The translations under genes were made by a program, and so were the position numbers. From Pelagomonas calceolata (Eukaryota), in NCBI GenBank assembly GCA_918797485.1, contig CAKKNE010000005.1:2542001-2606000 (forward strand): a stretch of 64,000 nucleotides of DNA, written 5' to 3'. Below the pieces are notes generated by a model that was given only the letters and a program-made list of their open reading frames with translations, was not told the DNA's origin and ran no database searches. Positions 52,210 through 62,307 of this stretch are shown here, in pieces. Within the stretch, counting starts at the first letter, position 1. Each line of letters begins with the position of its first letter.

Positions 52210-53355
52210 CTACTTAGTCTTTGCCGCCCCCACACCCAACGCCCGGAGCAGCGCCTTCACGACGCCCGCGACGGCCTGCACCATCCTTTTCACATTCTGG
52301 ATCGGCGACCGGTAGGGCATCGTCAGCCCGTACTCGTCGGCCATGACCTTCTGGACCCCGTCGCAGGTGATCACGCTCCCTATTTCATTCGTGTCCATGA
52401 AACACAGCGTCGGGAAGCCCTTCGCGTGGCCTTTTTGTTGGAAGGCCTGGACCAGGCGCCCCGCGAGCGGGAACGGCGCCGCGGGCCAGGGCATCTCCTT
52501 CAGGTACGCGTCGAAGGCCTCCTGCGACCGCGACGCCGAGACCCACAAAATCTCGAGCTTGTCGTCGCCCTTGCGCTTGGCCAGCTCGTAGTATTTGACG
52601 AGCTTGGGCACGAAATCTCTACAAGGTTTGCACCAGTCCGCGGCAAACAAGAACGCGACGTTCTTCTTCTTTTCGAGAGCATCGGCGCTCAGCGAGGCGC
52701 CGCCCCGCGCCACGAGCGCCGGGCCTACTAACCGAGCCCAGTCCGACGGCGTCTTGGCCGGTGCGGACTTGGTCTGCTTCTGCGGCGGCGGCGCGGTCTT
52801 GGCCGGCGCCGCGTCCTGCTTTGGTGCGGTCTTGGCCGGTGCCGCGTCCTGCGACGCGCCGCCCGCGCCCGCCGACGCGTCCGCCGCCGACGCGCCGCCT
52901 TCCTCGGCGGCCGCGAGCTGCTGGGCCTTTTGCACCGCGCCCTGGACCAAGTGATGGGCGCACACCGGCACCTTATCTTCAGCGACATACTCGCTGCAGA
53001 ACGTGTGGGCCTCCAGCCGCAGATCGCCGCCCTCAACGTGGGAGAACGTCGCGGTCTTGTCCTCCGCGACCTGGACCTCCAAATCGAGGGCGGGCAATTC
53101 GGCCTCCATGAGCGACGCCGCGACCTGCTGCTTGACCGCACTAATGCAGCGCTCCCAGAGCTCCTCCTTCGTGTTTTCCTTGCAGTACTGGGTAGCTTTC
53201 TCGGTGACGTCCTCGCCCTCGGTCCAGGAGAACGCCGCGCGGCCGCCCTCCTCGTTCACGACGGCCTCGAACTCGACCTTGCGCGGCTCCTTCGTCGCCG
53301 TCTCTTGCGCGACGCTGCAGGCGCAGAGGAGCAACGCTACTGTTCGTTGCATCAT
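52210..53355 (-). CDS. Secretory-pathway nucleoredoxin/tryparedoxin-like thioredoxin
   Basis: Signal peptide MMQRTVALLLCACSVA; FLFAADWCKPCRDFVPKL, LEILWVS, EMPW and GFPTL; two N-terminal repeats (FSxxEGxD...A..xC). Confidence 0.88.
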   Translation of the reverse strand: MMQRTVALLLCACSVAQETATKEPRKVEFEAVVNEEGGRAAFSWTEGEDVTEKATQYCKENTKEELWERCISAVKQQVAASLMEAELPALDLEVQVAEDKTATFSHVEGGDLRLEAHTFCSEYVAEDKVPVCAHHLVQGAVQKAQQLAAAEEGGASAADASAGAGGASQDAAPAKTAPKQDAAPAKTAPPPQKQTKSAPAKTPSDWARLVGPALVARGGASLSADALEKKKNVAFLFAADWCKPCRDFVPKLVKYYELAKRKGDDKLEILWVSASRSQEAFDAYLKEMPWPAAPFPLAGRLVQAFQQKGHAKGFPTLCFMDTNEIGSVITCDGVQKVMADEYGLTMPYRSPIQNVKRMVQAVAGVVKALLRALGVGAAKTK

Positions 53356-53799
53356 CGTGCGTCGATGGCGTGCTGCAATGCAGCGCCTGGCTTGCAATGT
53401 GCAGTCCTTGCAATGCGTTGGTTGCAGGCGTGTCCTGCTCGCCTGGCGCGCTGTTGCACGAATGCGACTCGCTGCTGCAACCGAGGAGCAGTGCGAGCGT
53501 TTGCGATGCAGTTGCAGCGTCGCTGTCTTGGCTTCAGCTGCAGGCCTTTGCCCAACACCGGTGCCTCAGCCTCGCTCGCGGCGTATGGATGCATCCGTTG
53601 CAAAGTCGTTACGGACGCGTTCCAGGTTGTGAAGCCATGTTTCTCGCTTCGCACGGGTTTTGGCCCCGCGGCGAACGAGATGGCGAACGGCAGCGGACGG
53701 CGCCATTATTGTGCCAGCGCGACGACGATCGGTGATTGTTATATTGTTAAGTATTTATTAGTTCACACACCCAATTACAAGATTGGGAGTGTGAACTGT

Positions 53800-55773
53800 T
53801 CACACATCGCGCGCCCGGAAGAAGCCGCCCTGACGAAACGCGGGCTTCGACCGGGCGGCGGCGTAGACCTCGGCGTGGCACCAGCTGTCCTCGAGGACGC
53901 GCGCTCGTAGTGATGGCGCCACGGACAGGTCGCCGACGGGCTTCACGGTGGCGACTCGCGGCGCCTCGACGTCGTAGAGGCCGTGCAACACCGCCGCGAG
54001 GTCGCGCAGGCCGCCCGTCGCCAGGGACGCCGCGTCTACGATTAAATCGAACTCGTCGAGGTTGCGGAGCGCGCGGTCGCACTGGCTCCGCGTGATCGCG
54101 GAGCCGGGGACGAACTGCAGCCCGGCGAGCCGCTGCACGTGGCGCTGGACGCCGTGCGGGAACGACGCGTTGACGAACGCGTCGGGGTCGTCCGCGCGGC
54201 CGCCGTCGACGTACAAGGACTCCACGACGCGCCACGCGTCCTCGACGACCGTGAACGCGAAGACCTTCGGCGGCAACGCCTGGTGCACGCGCGTGACGTT
54301 GAAGGGAAATTCGCCATCCAGAATATCGAGGGACCCGGAGTCCTCCGCGTCCTCTGCCGTGAGCGGCCCGTACTTGTTCTTCGTGCGATCCACGACCTCT
54401 TCGCCGAGGTGCGCGGGTACGGGCACGTCCTTGCCGTGGCCGTCGACCTGGGACTGCCAGCACGCCAGGCCCCGGTCGTCGCAGAGCCGCTGGACCACGC
54501 CGTCCACGAGGACGCCGCCGGCGTGGCCGAGGTCCGTGAAGGACACCGACGCGTAGTCCCAGAACGCCTTGCGGCGCCGGTCGTTGCTTTGAATAAGAGC
54601 CGACTCGTATAAGCGCGCCTTCGGGCCCGGCTTGAACGGCACGGGCGCCTTCGCGAACGCGTCGATGCGGTCCACGAGCTCCCGGAACGACGGTCGGTCG
54701 TCCGGCCGGCCGCGCCCCGCGAGGCGAATCAAACTCCGCAGGAACTCCCCCGCGGCCGGGTCCGCGGCCTTGGCCGCTATGTAAGGCAACAACCAAGGTC
54801 GATTGGCGACGTCGTAGACGTGCGTCTTCTCCGAGAGCCGCACGCAGACATCCTCGCGGCATTCCCCGCGCGCCTCCGGCGCGCCGCGCGCCCCGGGCTC
54901 GCACGTGCCGGCGCCGCGGCACGAGTGGCTCTCCTTCGTGAAGGGACAGTCCGCGTCTCTCGTGCACGAGTGCGCAACGAATGGATACTTGCTCTCCCTC
55001 ACGTCGGGCGGACCCCAGGCGCGCCAGATGGCCCGCCCGAGCGGCCGGTCCGGCGCGACCTTCGGGCCGTCGACCATGAAGACCGTGCCATGTGCATCCA
55101 TCGTGAACTGTTGGGCTTTGAGGTCGTCCTGCAAGAAATCCAAAGCCCAAGAGCCGAAGCACTCCAGGATGGACCTCGCCAGCGCCAGCGGCTGGTTTCG
55201 CGCGCGCGCGTCGAAGGCAGCCGTCATGACGTTGGGGGCCGTGCCGACGCCCGGGGGGCCCTCGCCAATGGCCTCGCCGCCGTCAGCGACGACGAGCACG
55301 ACGTGCGGCCCGTCCCACCACGCGCCCAGCAGCTCGGGGATGCCCGGTCGGCCGCGGAGCGCCTCGAGGTACACCATCTCCAGGTACAGCACGCCGCCCC
55401 CCTGGTCGTGTCTCGCGTCGCCCGTCCATCCATTCTTTCGCATCTTCCGGCCCTTCACTATCACTGATTTACCTTTCACGGTGGCTCGATACACGGTCTT
55501 GGACTTGCTCGACGCCCCGATCTCGTGCCACGGCCGCGGCACGTCGTCGGGCTTGGTGACGGTCCAGGCTTTGGGCGCGTAGCTCTCGTTGTTCGTGTGG
55601 AACTGGAACCAGCGGTCGATCGCCGCCGTGGCGGCCGACACATTTTGTGCAGGTCTCGTCACCGGAAACGTCGTACCACCGCCGATCGCCGCCGTACCGC
55701 CAAGTCGCGAGGAACCAGAAACGTCGTCGTCGGCGGTGGCTGCCGCGAGCAGCAGCAGGACGAGGGGCTTCAT
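53800..55773 (-). CDS. Secreted divergent protein-kinase-like domain with a C-terminal sulfotransferase-like domain
   Basis: Signal peptide MKPLVLLLLAAATA. Kinase-like EIGASSKSKTVYRA..VIVK, EMVYLEALRGRPGIPELLG, DDLKAQQF and FMVDG with a Cys insert. C-terminal FAFTVVEDAWRVVESLY and ALRNLDEFDLI resemble sulfotransferase motifs. Confidence 0.6.
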   Translation of the reverse strand: MKPLVLLLLAAATADDDVSGSSRLGGTAAIGGGTTFPVTRPAQNVSAATAAIDRWFQFHTNNESYAPKAWTVTKPDDVPRPWHEIGASSKSKTVYRATVKGKSVIVKGRKMRKNGWTGDARHDQGGGVLYLEMVYLEALRGRPGIPELLGAWWDGPHVVLVVADGGEAIGEGPPGVGTAPNVMTAAFDARARNQPLALARSILECFGSWALDFLQDDLKAQQFTMDAHGTVFMVDGPKVAPDRPLGRAIWRAWGPPDVRESKYPFVAHSCTRDADCPFTKESHSCRGAGTCEPGARGAPEARGECREDVCVRLSEKTHVYDVANRPWLLPYIAAKAADPAAGEFLRSLIRLAGRGRPDDRPSFRELVDRIDAFAKAPVPFKPGPKARLYESALIQSNDRRRKAFWDYASVSFTDLGHAGGVLVDGVVQRLCDDRGLACWQSQVDGHGKDVPVPAHLGEEVVDRTKNKYGPLTAEDAEDSGSLDILDGEFPFNVTRVHQALPPKVFAFTVVEDAWRVVESLYVDGGRADDPDAFVNASFPHGVQRHVQRLAGLQFVPGSAITRSQCDRALRNLDEFDLIVDAASLATGGLRDLAAVLHGLYDVEAPRVATVKPVGDLSVAPSLRARVLEDSWCHAEVYAAARSKPAFRQGGFFRARDV

Positions 55774-55935
55774 CGACGCATGATGTTGTCTTCGTGGCAG
55801 CCCTGGGGGCAGCCGCACGAATGAGTCGCTGTGCACTGCTTTTCTCTGTTTTGCACCAGCTGGCGGTACAGCGCACGCGGACGAGAATATCTGAGCAAAT
55901 CTTGACTCTTGAGCAATTAATTTTTTTTAGATTGC

Positions 55936-55957
55936 CTAGTGCCTTTACAAACGCTAG
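55936..55957 (-). promoter_or_regulatory. CTAG-bounded intergenic motif
   Basis: Reverse complement CTAGCGTTTGTAAAGGCACTAG, between divergent genes at 55773(-) and 56096(+). Confidence 0.65.
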
Positions 55958-56095
55958 CTGCGTCGAGCGCCCCAAAAACGACACGGCTCTCGCATCGCTG
56001 CGGTACGCGCGCCAATTTTGTGCGCATCGCTCCTAAGAAACGTCGTCGCCGCGGCTGCGCAAGCCATCTGCTGGCCGTTGCGCTACACAAGCAAA

Positions 56096-56440
56096 ATGAG
56101 CTCACCCCTCTCCGAGTTCAGGACCATCCTAAGGATCCTGAACAAGTGGCCGTCGACGCGGCCGCGCGACTCAATCTGGAAAACCTACCTGCGCGAGGAG
56201 TACCGGCGCAGCGCCGCCGACGCGGCATCGTTAGAAGCGCTGCGGCGGCGCGCGCGCGACTACGCCAATCTATTAGACGGCGTCGAGGAGCAGAAGCGCC
56301 TGCGCGCGCTCGACACGGGCGCGGAAGTCAGCGAGGGCGTCAAGGAGGCGATCCGGCGGTCGGCCGCGCGGTCGGGCCTCGTCGCGCCCGACGACGTCGA
56401 CGCGCCGTTCGTCGACCTGAACAAGGAGCGGAACGGGTAA
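56096..56440 (+). CDS. FMC1-like LYR-family mitochondrial ATP synthase assembly factor
   Basis: FRTILR..., YLREEYR, ARDYANLL...QKRL, IRRSAARSGLVAP pattern; 114 aa. Confidence 0.65.
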   Translation: MSSPLSEFRTILRILNKWPSTRPRDSIWKTYLREEYRRSAADAASLEALRRRARDYANLLDGVEEQKRLRALDTGAEVSEGVKEAIRRSAARSGLVAPDDVDAPFVDLNKERNG

Positions 56441-56526
56441 TATTGTTGTGTGTCGTGTCTAGTGTACTTACATAATACACATGCAGTTGTTACGCCACCG
56501 CCTATCGTATCAGCTCGCCATCCGAG

Positions 56527-57387
56527 TCAATAATATTCCGAGTCTTCCGTGTTGTGCGCAGCGGAATACTGACGCGCCGCTTCATCCGCCGCTCGGCGGC
56601 GCTCCGGTCCTGCCGCTTCGAGCGCCGTGGTGATCAGATCCACGAGGTGCCTGTTTTCTACCGTTCTGTCGAAGCCATTCAACAGGTCGACGAGACTTCC
56701 ATTGCTGTACTGACACGCGTAATCGGCCTCGGCCTGGACGACGTCGCAGCCTTGCTCGATTAAGAAGACCGCCACGTCGTAACATGGTTGGTGTCCCTCC
56801 CCGCATTCTATGCTCCAGGTCAACGGCGTCAAGCCTGCGCCATTTGGAGCAAGAGTGCGGGCGTTGATATTTGCGCCGGCTGCGATTAGCAGCCGCGCGA
56901 GCGCGACCGGGTCGTCCGCTACATACGCAAGATGCAGGAGGGTGTTCCCAAAGTCTGAGTCCTCCGGCACGCTGGGCTCTGCGCCATACGCGAGCAAAGC
57001 TTCGACCATTCCCTGGTAAATGCGCGGCTCTCCTCCTGCCGGCTCTCCTCCCAGTAGGGGCCCATCCACTACATTTACATTGGACCTCGTCGTGAGCGCC
57101 AGACCGGCCGCCCTTCGAGACGCCAAGTCGCTCTCGCCCAAGATGTGCGGATAGCGAGTCCGGAGCACCCGTTCTGCTTCGCGGACCGTCATCCCGATGC
57201 CTCCGAACCGAGAGCGCTCGGCCTCGTCCGTGCCTTTGCGTAGCGCGGTCCGCGCTTCCAAATTCGTCCCCGCGGCGACGACGAGCCCCGGCGCCGCGGT
57301 ATGCGTGGCTATTTTATGCAAGACGTCGGTCGGCAACCGCAGCAGCGCCGCGCCGCGCTGTCGCGCGCGCCGGCGCGTTTGCACCAT
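56527..57387 (-). CDS. Ankyrin-repeat protein with F-box-like N-terminus
   Basis: GNTLLHLAY...LARLLIAAGANINA and GLTPLTWS...VAVFLIEQGCDV; N-terminal LLRLPTDVLHKI. Confidence 0.8.
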   Translation of the reverse strand: MVQTRRRARQRGAALLRLPTDVLHKIATHTAAPGLVVAAGTNLEARTALRKGTDEAERSRFGGIGMTVREAERVLRTRYPHILGESDLASRRAAGLALTTRSNVNVVDGPLLGGEPAGGEPRIYQGMVEALLAYGAEPSVPEDSDFGNTLLHLAYVADDPVALARLLIAAGANINARTLAPNGAGLTPLTWSIECGEGHQPCYDVAVFLIEQGCDVVQAEADYACQYSNGSLVDLLNGFDRTVENRHLVDLITTALEAAGPERRRAADEAARQYSAAHNTEDSEYY

Positions 57388-57530
57388 CTCTCGTTTGAGG
57401 CTATTTTTCCACAAGCAGTGATGCGCGAGCGCTTCGGAGCGATGCACGCAGCGCGAGGCGGAGTTATGCGATTCTCAACTGACCGCTGGCCGTCCTGGTG
57501 ACAAAGTAGCCTGGTCGGGATTTGAGAAAG

Positions 57531-57550
57531 CTAGCGTAACGACACACTAG
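57531..57550 (+). promoter_or_regulatory. CTAG-bounded intergenic motif (short variant)
   Basis: CTAGCGTAACGACACACTAG, ~145 nt upstream of the ankyrin gene ATG. Confidence 0.55.
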
Positions 57551-58400
57551 AAAGAAAATGGCCGCGATCCGGGCCGCGCAGAGACGAGCCGCTGCCGCGG
57601 CGCAGCACGAGCGCGCGGCACCGGAGTCGGCGTCGGCCGCGCAGGCGCCCGCCGCCCCGGCAACGCCGCCGCGGACCGCGACTATGACATGTTGGGCAAG
57701 TAGGCGATTCATCCTCGGCTACCTCGCAATTCAACGGGTCGACGGGCCTTCATTGGCGATGTTGACTCACCCCAGCAATTCAAGCTGCTTCCTTGTGTCG
57801 GCCCGCCCGGGTCCGTTGCCGTGTCGTGCGGGATATTTGGTGGGTGTGTCTTTCGTGACTCCCCATCAGGTCCCCGTGCGCGCGGCGACGAGGATACCTA
57901 GACTTCGGGGGCGGCCTTGGCGGCGGCACTCGGGCACGACTCCACGGAGCGGCGGTGCGGCGGGATCCCAAATACCTTGACTAGCTCTTGGTCGGGTCTC
58001 AAGCAAAGCGCCTTCGCGTCCGCGTTCAGCAGACTCAAGGTTGTGCGGCGGCGGTTCCCTTTTTTTTCCCGCACATCGCTGCACGACCTCTGCGACGAGT
58101 CCCCTGGGGCGGGGAGGGGTCCCGCAGGACCGCGCGCAAAAACCCGTCGGTTAAGCAGAGGCTAGGGCTAGGGCAATATTCGTTTTCAGCTCTGAACGTC
58201 GAGGTTCACTGCTTGCACTTTAGTCAGAGCAAGCAGCGCTGAAGCTCTGCAGTCAACGGCACCACTGATAACCGCACAACTACAGCGAGACCTCATACGC
58301 CGCCACCGAAGCGCCCTCAGCGCCACTGGTTTCAGACACTGACTTGGCGCATACAAATAGAGACGAGAAGCCTCGCTCAACCGCCAACGACGAGAGCACC

Positions 58401-60347
58401 ATGGCCGACGAGCAAAAAACCACGACCCCGGACCGCACCACCTACACCTCGCTCAACCTGGGCCGAGAGTCCGTCGACCGCCACCCGAGCCAACAACCGG
58501 AGACGCTCTACTCGTCGCCGGCGCAAAGAGCAGCATTGTTAAGAACCTGCGGCGGCGCCGCCATCCTGCTGGGGATTGTCATTTCATTGGTGGCGAGCGC
58601 GGCGATGGTGGCCACGGCGCCACCGCCCGTCGGCACGGTGCGCTTCGGCCTGCCCCAGCCGCAGGCGAAAAGATCTGTTGCGGGGAGACTGAGGCAGCGC
58701 TTAGTTGTTGATGTCGGCACGGACAACTTTGGAGTTGTTGCACGGCGCTACGGTGCTACAGCCCCGGCGCCGACGTTACTCGTCGAGCCGGGCGACACGT
58801 TGACCGTGGATTTACAAAACAAGCTCGGCCCCGAGGCCCCGGGCGACGCGCTCATGACCGGCCTGCATCGACCCAATACGACGTCCTTGCACGTGCACGG
58901 CTGGCACGTGTCGCCGAGGGAGGACGACGTTTTTACACTCATAGCGCCCGGCTCTAGCAAAAAGTATGTGTACCACCTGCCCCAAACACACCCGGCGGGC
59001 ACGTTCTGGTACCACGCCCACGGCCACGGGAGCTCGTCGCTCCAGGCGGGCTGGATGGCCGGGGCGCTGATCGTCCACGACAAGGACCACCGGCGCCTCC
59101 CGCCGGACGTCGTGCTGCTCATGACGCAGGTCCGCGCCGGCGTCCTCATTTTGTTGCGGCGACTATCATGCGCCGTCGAAACACACACAAACACGCTCCG
59201 AGCCGTAACGTCTGGCCGCGCGGTCGACGCGGCACCCGTACGACGCCCTCGCGCCCTCGACGCGCCGTCGACGCCATCGCCGCTGCCGCCGCGCGACGAA
59301 AGAAAAAACACACAGGTCAACCTCGTCGCGGGCAAGGCCCGGAACTACGCCTGGGCGTCCTACGCGTCCGGCTCGAAGCTACCAGTTGTGAGGGGAAAGG
59401 AGGTGAGCGCGGGGTCGACGGACGGCATGGCCCTCGCATTGGCCAACAAACTCAAGGCACCGCTCAATGCTAGTTTTTTCGCGGTCAATGGATTACGGAT
59501 TCCTACTTTGAGACCGCCGGCGAAGGCCTGGGTTAGGTTTAGGTTAATCCAGGCCGGGACGAACGACGTGCTGGCTTTGCACTTGCAGGACGAGCACGCC
59601 TGCGAGACCTTTGTGGTTGCTCGGGACGGCTACACGCTGCAGGACCCGCGCGGCGACCAGTTAACTCGTGAATCACCATTAGTGCTGGCACCCGGATCTA
59701 GAGCGGACGTCTACGTGCGGTGCTCGCGTAAAACGTCGCTCAAGTCCGCGTTTTCTGATGAGTTAAAAGCCTATCTGGGCTCCGGCTCGGACGTGTACAG
59801 CGGTTCGATCATCAAAATAAGACCGACGGCGTCTCAGGTGGTCACGAAGGATACTGATGATGTTTCAGGAGAGGACCCGCGTTTCCCTTCCACACCAGAC
59901 ATACCTTCCTTACTCGCGGCGACCCCGGACCGAAGGGCCACCCTCGAGATGGTCCAGCGCGGTTCCATCGTCAAGGACGGGAACGGCTACACGGACTATG
60001 CGTTGGATGTGGTCCAGGGCGACGGTTCTGTAAAAGTGGGGGACGTCGTCGAGTGGACCATTGTTAACATGCACAAAGGGGCGCCGGGCGAGGTCGTCCC
60101 GCAGGACACGACGCACCCGTTCCACCTCCACACGAACCACTTCCAGGTCGTGGCGACGTCCCACGGCGACGGCGTCGATTATAGTGTGGGCGACTGGCGC
60201 GACACGATCACGCTGCCGACGCCGGGCAACGTCACGATCCGCTTCCGCGCGAGCGACTTCGACGGGCCTTCATTGGCGCACTGCCACATCTTCTCGCACG
60301 CGGACCTGGGCATGCTCCACGCGTTCTCTATTCAACCCGCGGCGTAG
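58401..60347 (+). CDS. Multicopper oxidase with N-terminal membrane anchor; exons 58401..59129 and 59316..60347
   Basis: All four copper motifs are present: TSLHVHG, FWYHAHGHG, HPFHLHTN and HCHIFSHADLGM. N-terminal TM GAAILLGIVISLVASAAMV. Confidence 0.93.
   Translation: MADEQKTTTPDRTTYTSLNLGRESVDRHPSQQPETLYSSPAQRAALLRTCGGAAILLGIVISLVASAAMVATAPPPVGTVRFGLPQPQAKRSVAGRLRQRLVVDVGTDNFGVVARRYGATAPAPTLLVEPGDTLTVDLQNKLGPEAPGDALMTGLHRPNTTSLHVHGWHVSPREDDVFTLIAPGSSKKYVYHLPQTHPAGTFWYHAHGHGSSSLQAGWMAGALIVHDKDHRRLPPDVVLLMTQVRAGVLILLRRLSCAVETHTNTLRAVTSGRAVDAAPVRRPRALDAPSTPSPLPPRDERKNTQVNLVAGKARNYAWASYASGSKLPVVRGKEVSAGSTDGMALALANKLKAPLNASFFAVNGLRIPTLRPPAKAWVRFRLIQAGTNDVLALHLQDEHACETFVVARDGYTLQDPRGDQLTRESPLVLAPGSRADVYVRCSRKTSLKSAFSDELKAYLGSGSDVYSGSIIKIRPTASQVVTKDTDDVSGEDPRFPSTPDIPSLLAATPDRRATLEMVQRGSIVKDGNGYTDYALDVVQGDGSVKVGDVVEWTIVNMHKGAPGEVVPQDTTHPFHLHTNHFQVVATSHGDGVDYSVGDWRDTITLPTPGNVTIRFRASDFDGPSLAHCHIFSHADLGMLHAFSIQPAA
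59130..59315 (+). other. 186-nt in-frame, stop-free GT-AG intron (probable decayed introner)
   Basis: GCAG|GTCCGC ... AAAAAACACACAG|GTCAAC. Both junctions read CAGGTC, and the inserted 62 aa are not cupredoxin-like. Confidence 0.75.
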
Positions 60348-60440
60348 GCGACCCCTCACATCCCCTCCCCCAGTGTTGTTGACCCCGAGCCCCTGTCTAA
60401 CCGATGTAACAAAATAGACTTAAGGCACGGCACCGCGCCG

Positions 60441-62108
60441 TCAGGACGACACGTCGGGCGGCGCCGGCGGCCGCTTGATCGCCGTGTCGATGCACGTGGG
60501 CGACTCGTCCTCCCAGGGCCCCACCCCGAACCGCTGGATCTCCGAGTCCGACCGCTCCCGCAGCGACGACGCGGAGTCGATGCTCGACGCCCACCTTAGT
60601 AGTACGTCCCAGTGCGGCGACGGCTTCTTGCGCACCTTCTCCTCGAGGAACGCCGAGGCCTCGCGCACGGCGTCGCGCGCCGTGCCGCCGGCCGCGCGCT
60701 GCTTCGCGGCTGCGCGCGCGATTAGAGGCCGCACGTGGAGATCATACAACTCCAGATTCAGCAACGCCGCGCCCCAGGCGCCCCGGACCACATTGTTGAC
60801 GCACAAACTGAGAGTCACGTCGAAGAACCCATCATTGGTGTGAACATTTCCGACGCACACCGCCATGCCCCCTTCGTAGTCGCTGTCGAGCTTCGGCCGC
60901 GGCCGGCCCACTTCATCCAGCACGACGATGGGCCGGTCCGGCATCGACGGCAGTCCCAAGCCAGCTAACGGCGCAAAGTCCCTCAGTATTTTCTTGACCT
61001 CGTCCTTTGTAGTTACGGGACGCTTTGTTTGTAGTTTTAAATCAACAAAGTGGCCGTTCTGGACCGGGACCCTATGAGCCGAGACCGCGCACCGTTTGAG
61101 GAGAGGAAAGATGCGCATGAGCTCTTTTCTTTGATACTCGTCCGTCCTTTCTACCGTGTTCCTCAGAGGATAGACATTACCTACCACTAATTCAGGATCG
61201 TACTTCGCGTCGCCCCGTCCACTCAGCGCTTGAAAGGTGGTGATCGAGACGCCGACGACGCCATACGCGTCATCTAGCGCTTTGAGGACGACGGAAACAC
61301 CGCAACTCACACAATTCGGGCTCTTCACGAGCGGTATCGTCTCGTCATCATCTTCCACACTTTTTGAGAGAGCATGCAACAGCGCATCACCGTTCACCTC
61401 GGGCACGACTAACGGGTTCCTTTGTACTTGCCGCGCGTGCGGGCTGATGGAGAACACCGCAATGCCCGCCTCTTGCAAGGCGTCCTCGATGTGGCCCAAT
61501 GACGGCGCGATGGCGCTAATGACGTACTTCACGTTCGATCGCAGCAAGTCTTCCACGCTCGAGACCTTGACTCCCTCTAAGCTAGTGGGGCAAGGTTTAG
61601 CCTGCCAGATCGCACTCCCGTAGTGGTCCTCCAACGCTTGCTCCTTCTTCCTCCACACATCAGCGAGCTTCGACCCGACAGTTTGAGGCGAGCCGAGGAC
61701 GGGCCCGAGCGAGTAGATCGGGTGGGCCGTCAGAGCCGCCGCTAAGGCTCGTCCGACTAAACCCGTGCCCCCCAAAATGCCGACGGGCTGCTTCTCGCCC
61801 GCTTCCACGAGATTGACGGTGTAAGGGGAATCACAAGCATGACAGACCGCGCCGGCCGCCCATTGCCTATTCCGGCGCGCGATCGTCTGCCACCTCCTCA
61901 GGCACGTCTCGTGCACCGCACTCCGATTGCCCGCGCAGTTGCACGGCGTCGGTCTCAGGAATGCACCCATGCCGTCCTGGAACTCCGCGCTGTAGCAGAT
62001 GCGGCAGGTGCGGTGGAGCTCGCCGTCCGTCGCGTCGCTGTCGGACTTCGATTCTTCGCCCGAGCTGATTATCGGTCCAGCACTGCTTTGTTGTACGTTT
62101 TTCGCCAT
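60441..62108 (-). CDS. RING-CH (RINGv) zinc finger fused to aspartate-semialdehyde dehydrogenase
   Basis: CRICY...PCNCAG...VHETCLRRW...CHAC, then VGILGGTGLVG, LVVPEVN, SPNC, FQALSGRG, RVPVQNGH, RPRPKLD and NVVRGAWGAALLN in one ORF. Confidence 0.88.
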   Translation of the reverse strand: MAKNVQQSSAGPIISSGEESKSDSDATDGELHRTCRICYSAEFQDGMGAFLRPTPCNCAGNRSAVHETCLRRWQTIARRNRQWAAGAVCHACDSPYTVNLVEAGEKQPVGILGGTGLVGRALAAALTAHPIYSLGPVLGSPQTVGSKLADVWRKKEQALEDHYGSAIWQAKPCPTSLEGVKVSSVEDLLRSNVKYVISAIAPSLGHIEDALQEAGIAVFSISPHARQVQRNPLVVPEVNGDALLHALSKSVEDDDETIPLVKSPNCVSCGVSVVLKALDDAYGVVGVSITTFQALSGRGDAKYDPELVVGNVYPLRNTVERTDEYQRKELMRIFPLLKRCAVSAHRVPVQNGHFVDLKLQTKRPVTTKDEVKKILRDFAPLAGLGLPSMPDRPIVVLDEVGRPRPKLDSDYEGGMAVCVGNVHTNDGFFDVTLSLCVNNVVRGAWGAALLNLELYDLHVRPLIARAAAKQRAAGGTARDAVREASAFLEEKVRKKPSPHWDVLLRWASSIDSASSLRERSDSEIQRFGVGPWEDESPTCIDTAIKRPPAPPDVSS

Positions 62109-62307
62109 GCCGGTGCGCGTCGGCGGCGTTGATGCTAAGCGATGCAGTCAGGCCCCAAGGTGCAGTGAGGTTCAGGTGCACGACGATTAGAGTTTCGTGC
62201 ACATGCTTCAAAGCACGCGTCGTGGCATCAAAAAGCAGTCTCTGGCCTAATTTCCTGGCGTGTAGCTGCAACGCGGAGGCGTTTTGAGGCACACGCTTCA
62301 CGCGCTT

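Noticed and set aside
57558..57980. 140-aa plus-strand ORF downstream of the CTAG motif
   Set aside because: It has a low-complexity start and non-protein-like remainder with no motif. A short exon cannot be excluded, but it is not supportable.
58161..58173. CTAGGG tandem as a telomere-like repeat
   Set aside because: Only two copies, consistent with chance.
26285..60347. Iron-uptake cluster (phytotransferrin-like gene plus multicopper ferroxidase)
   Set aside because: The genes are ~30 kb apart with many unrelated genes between them. No FTR1 permease is present, and ferroxidase specificity cannot be read from the sequence.
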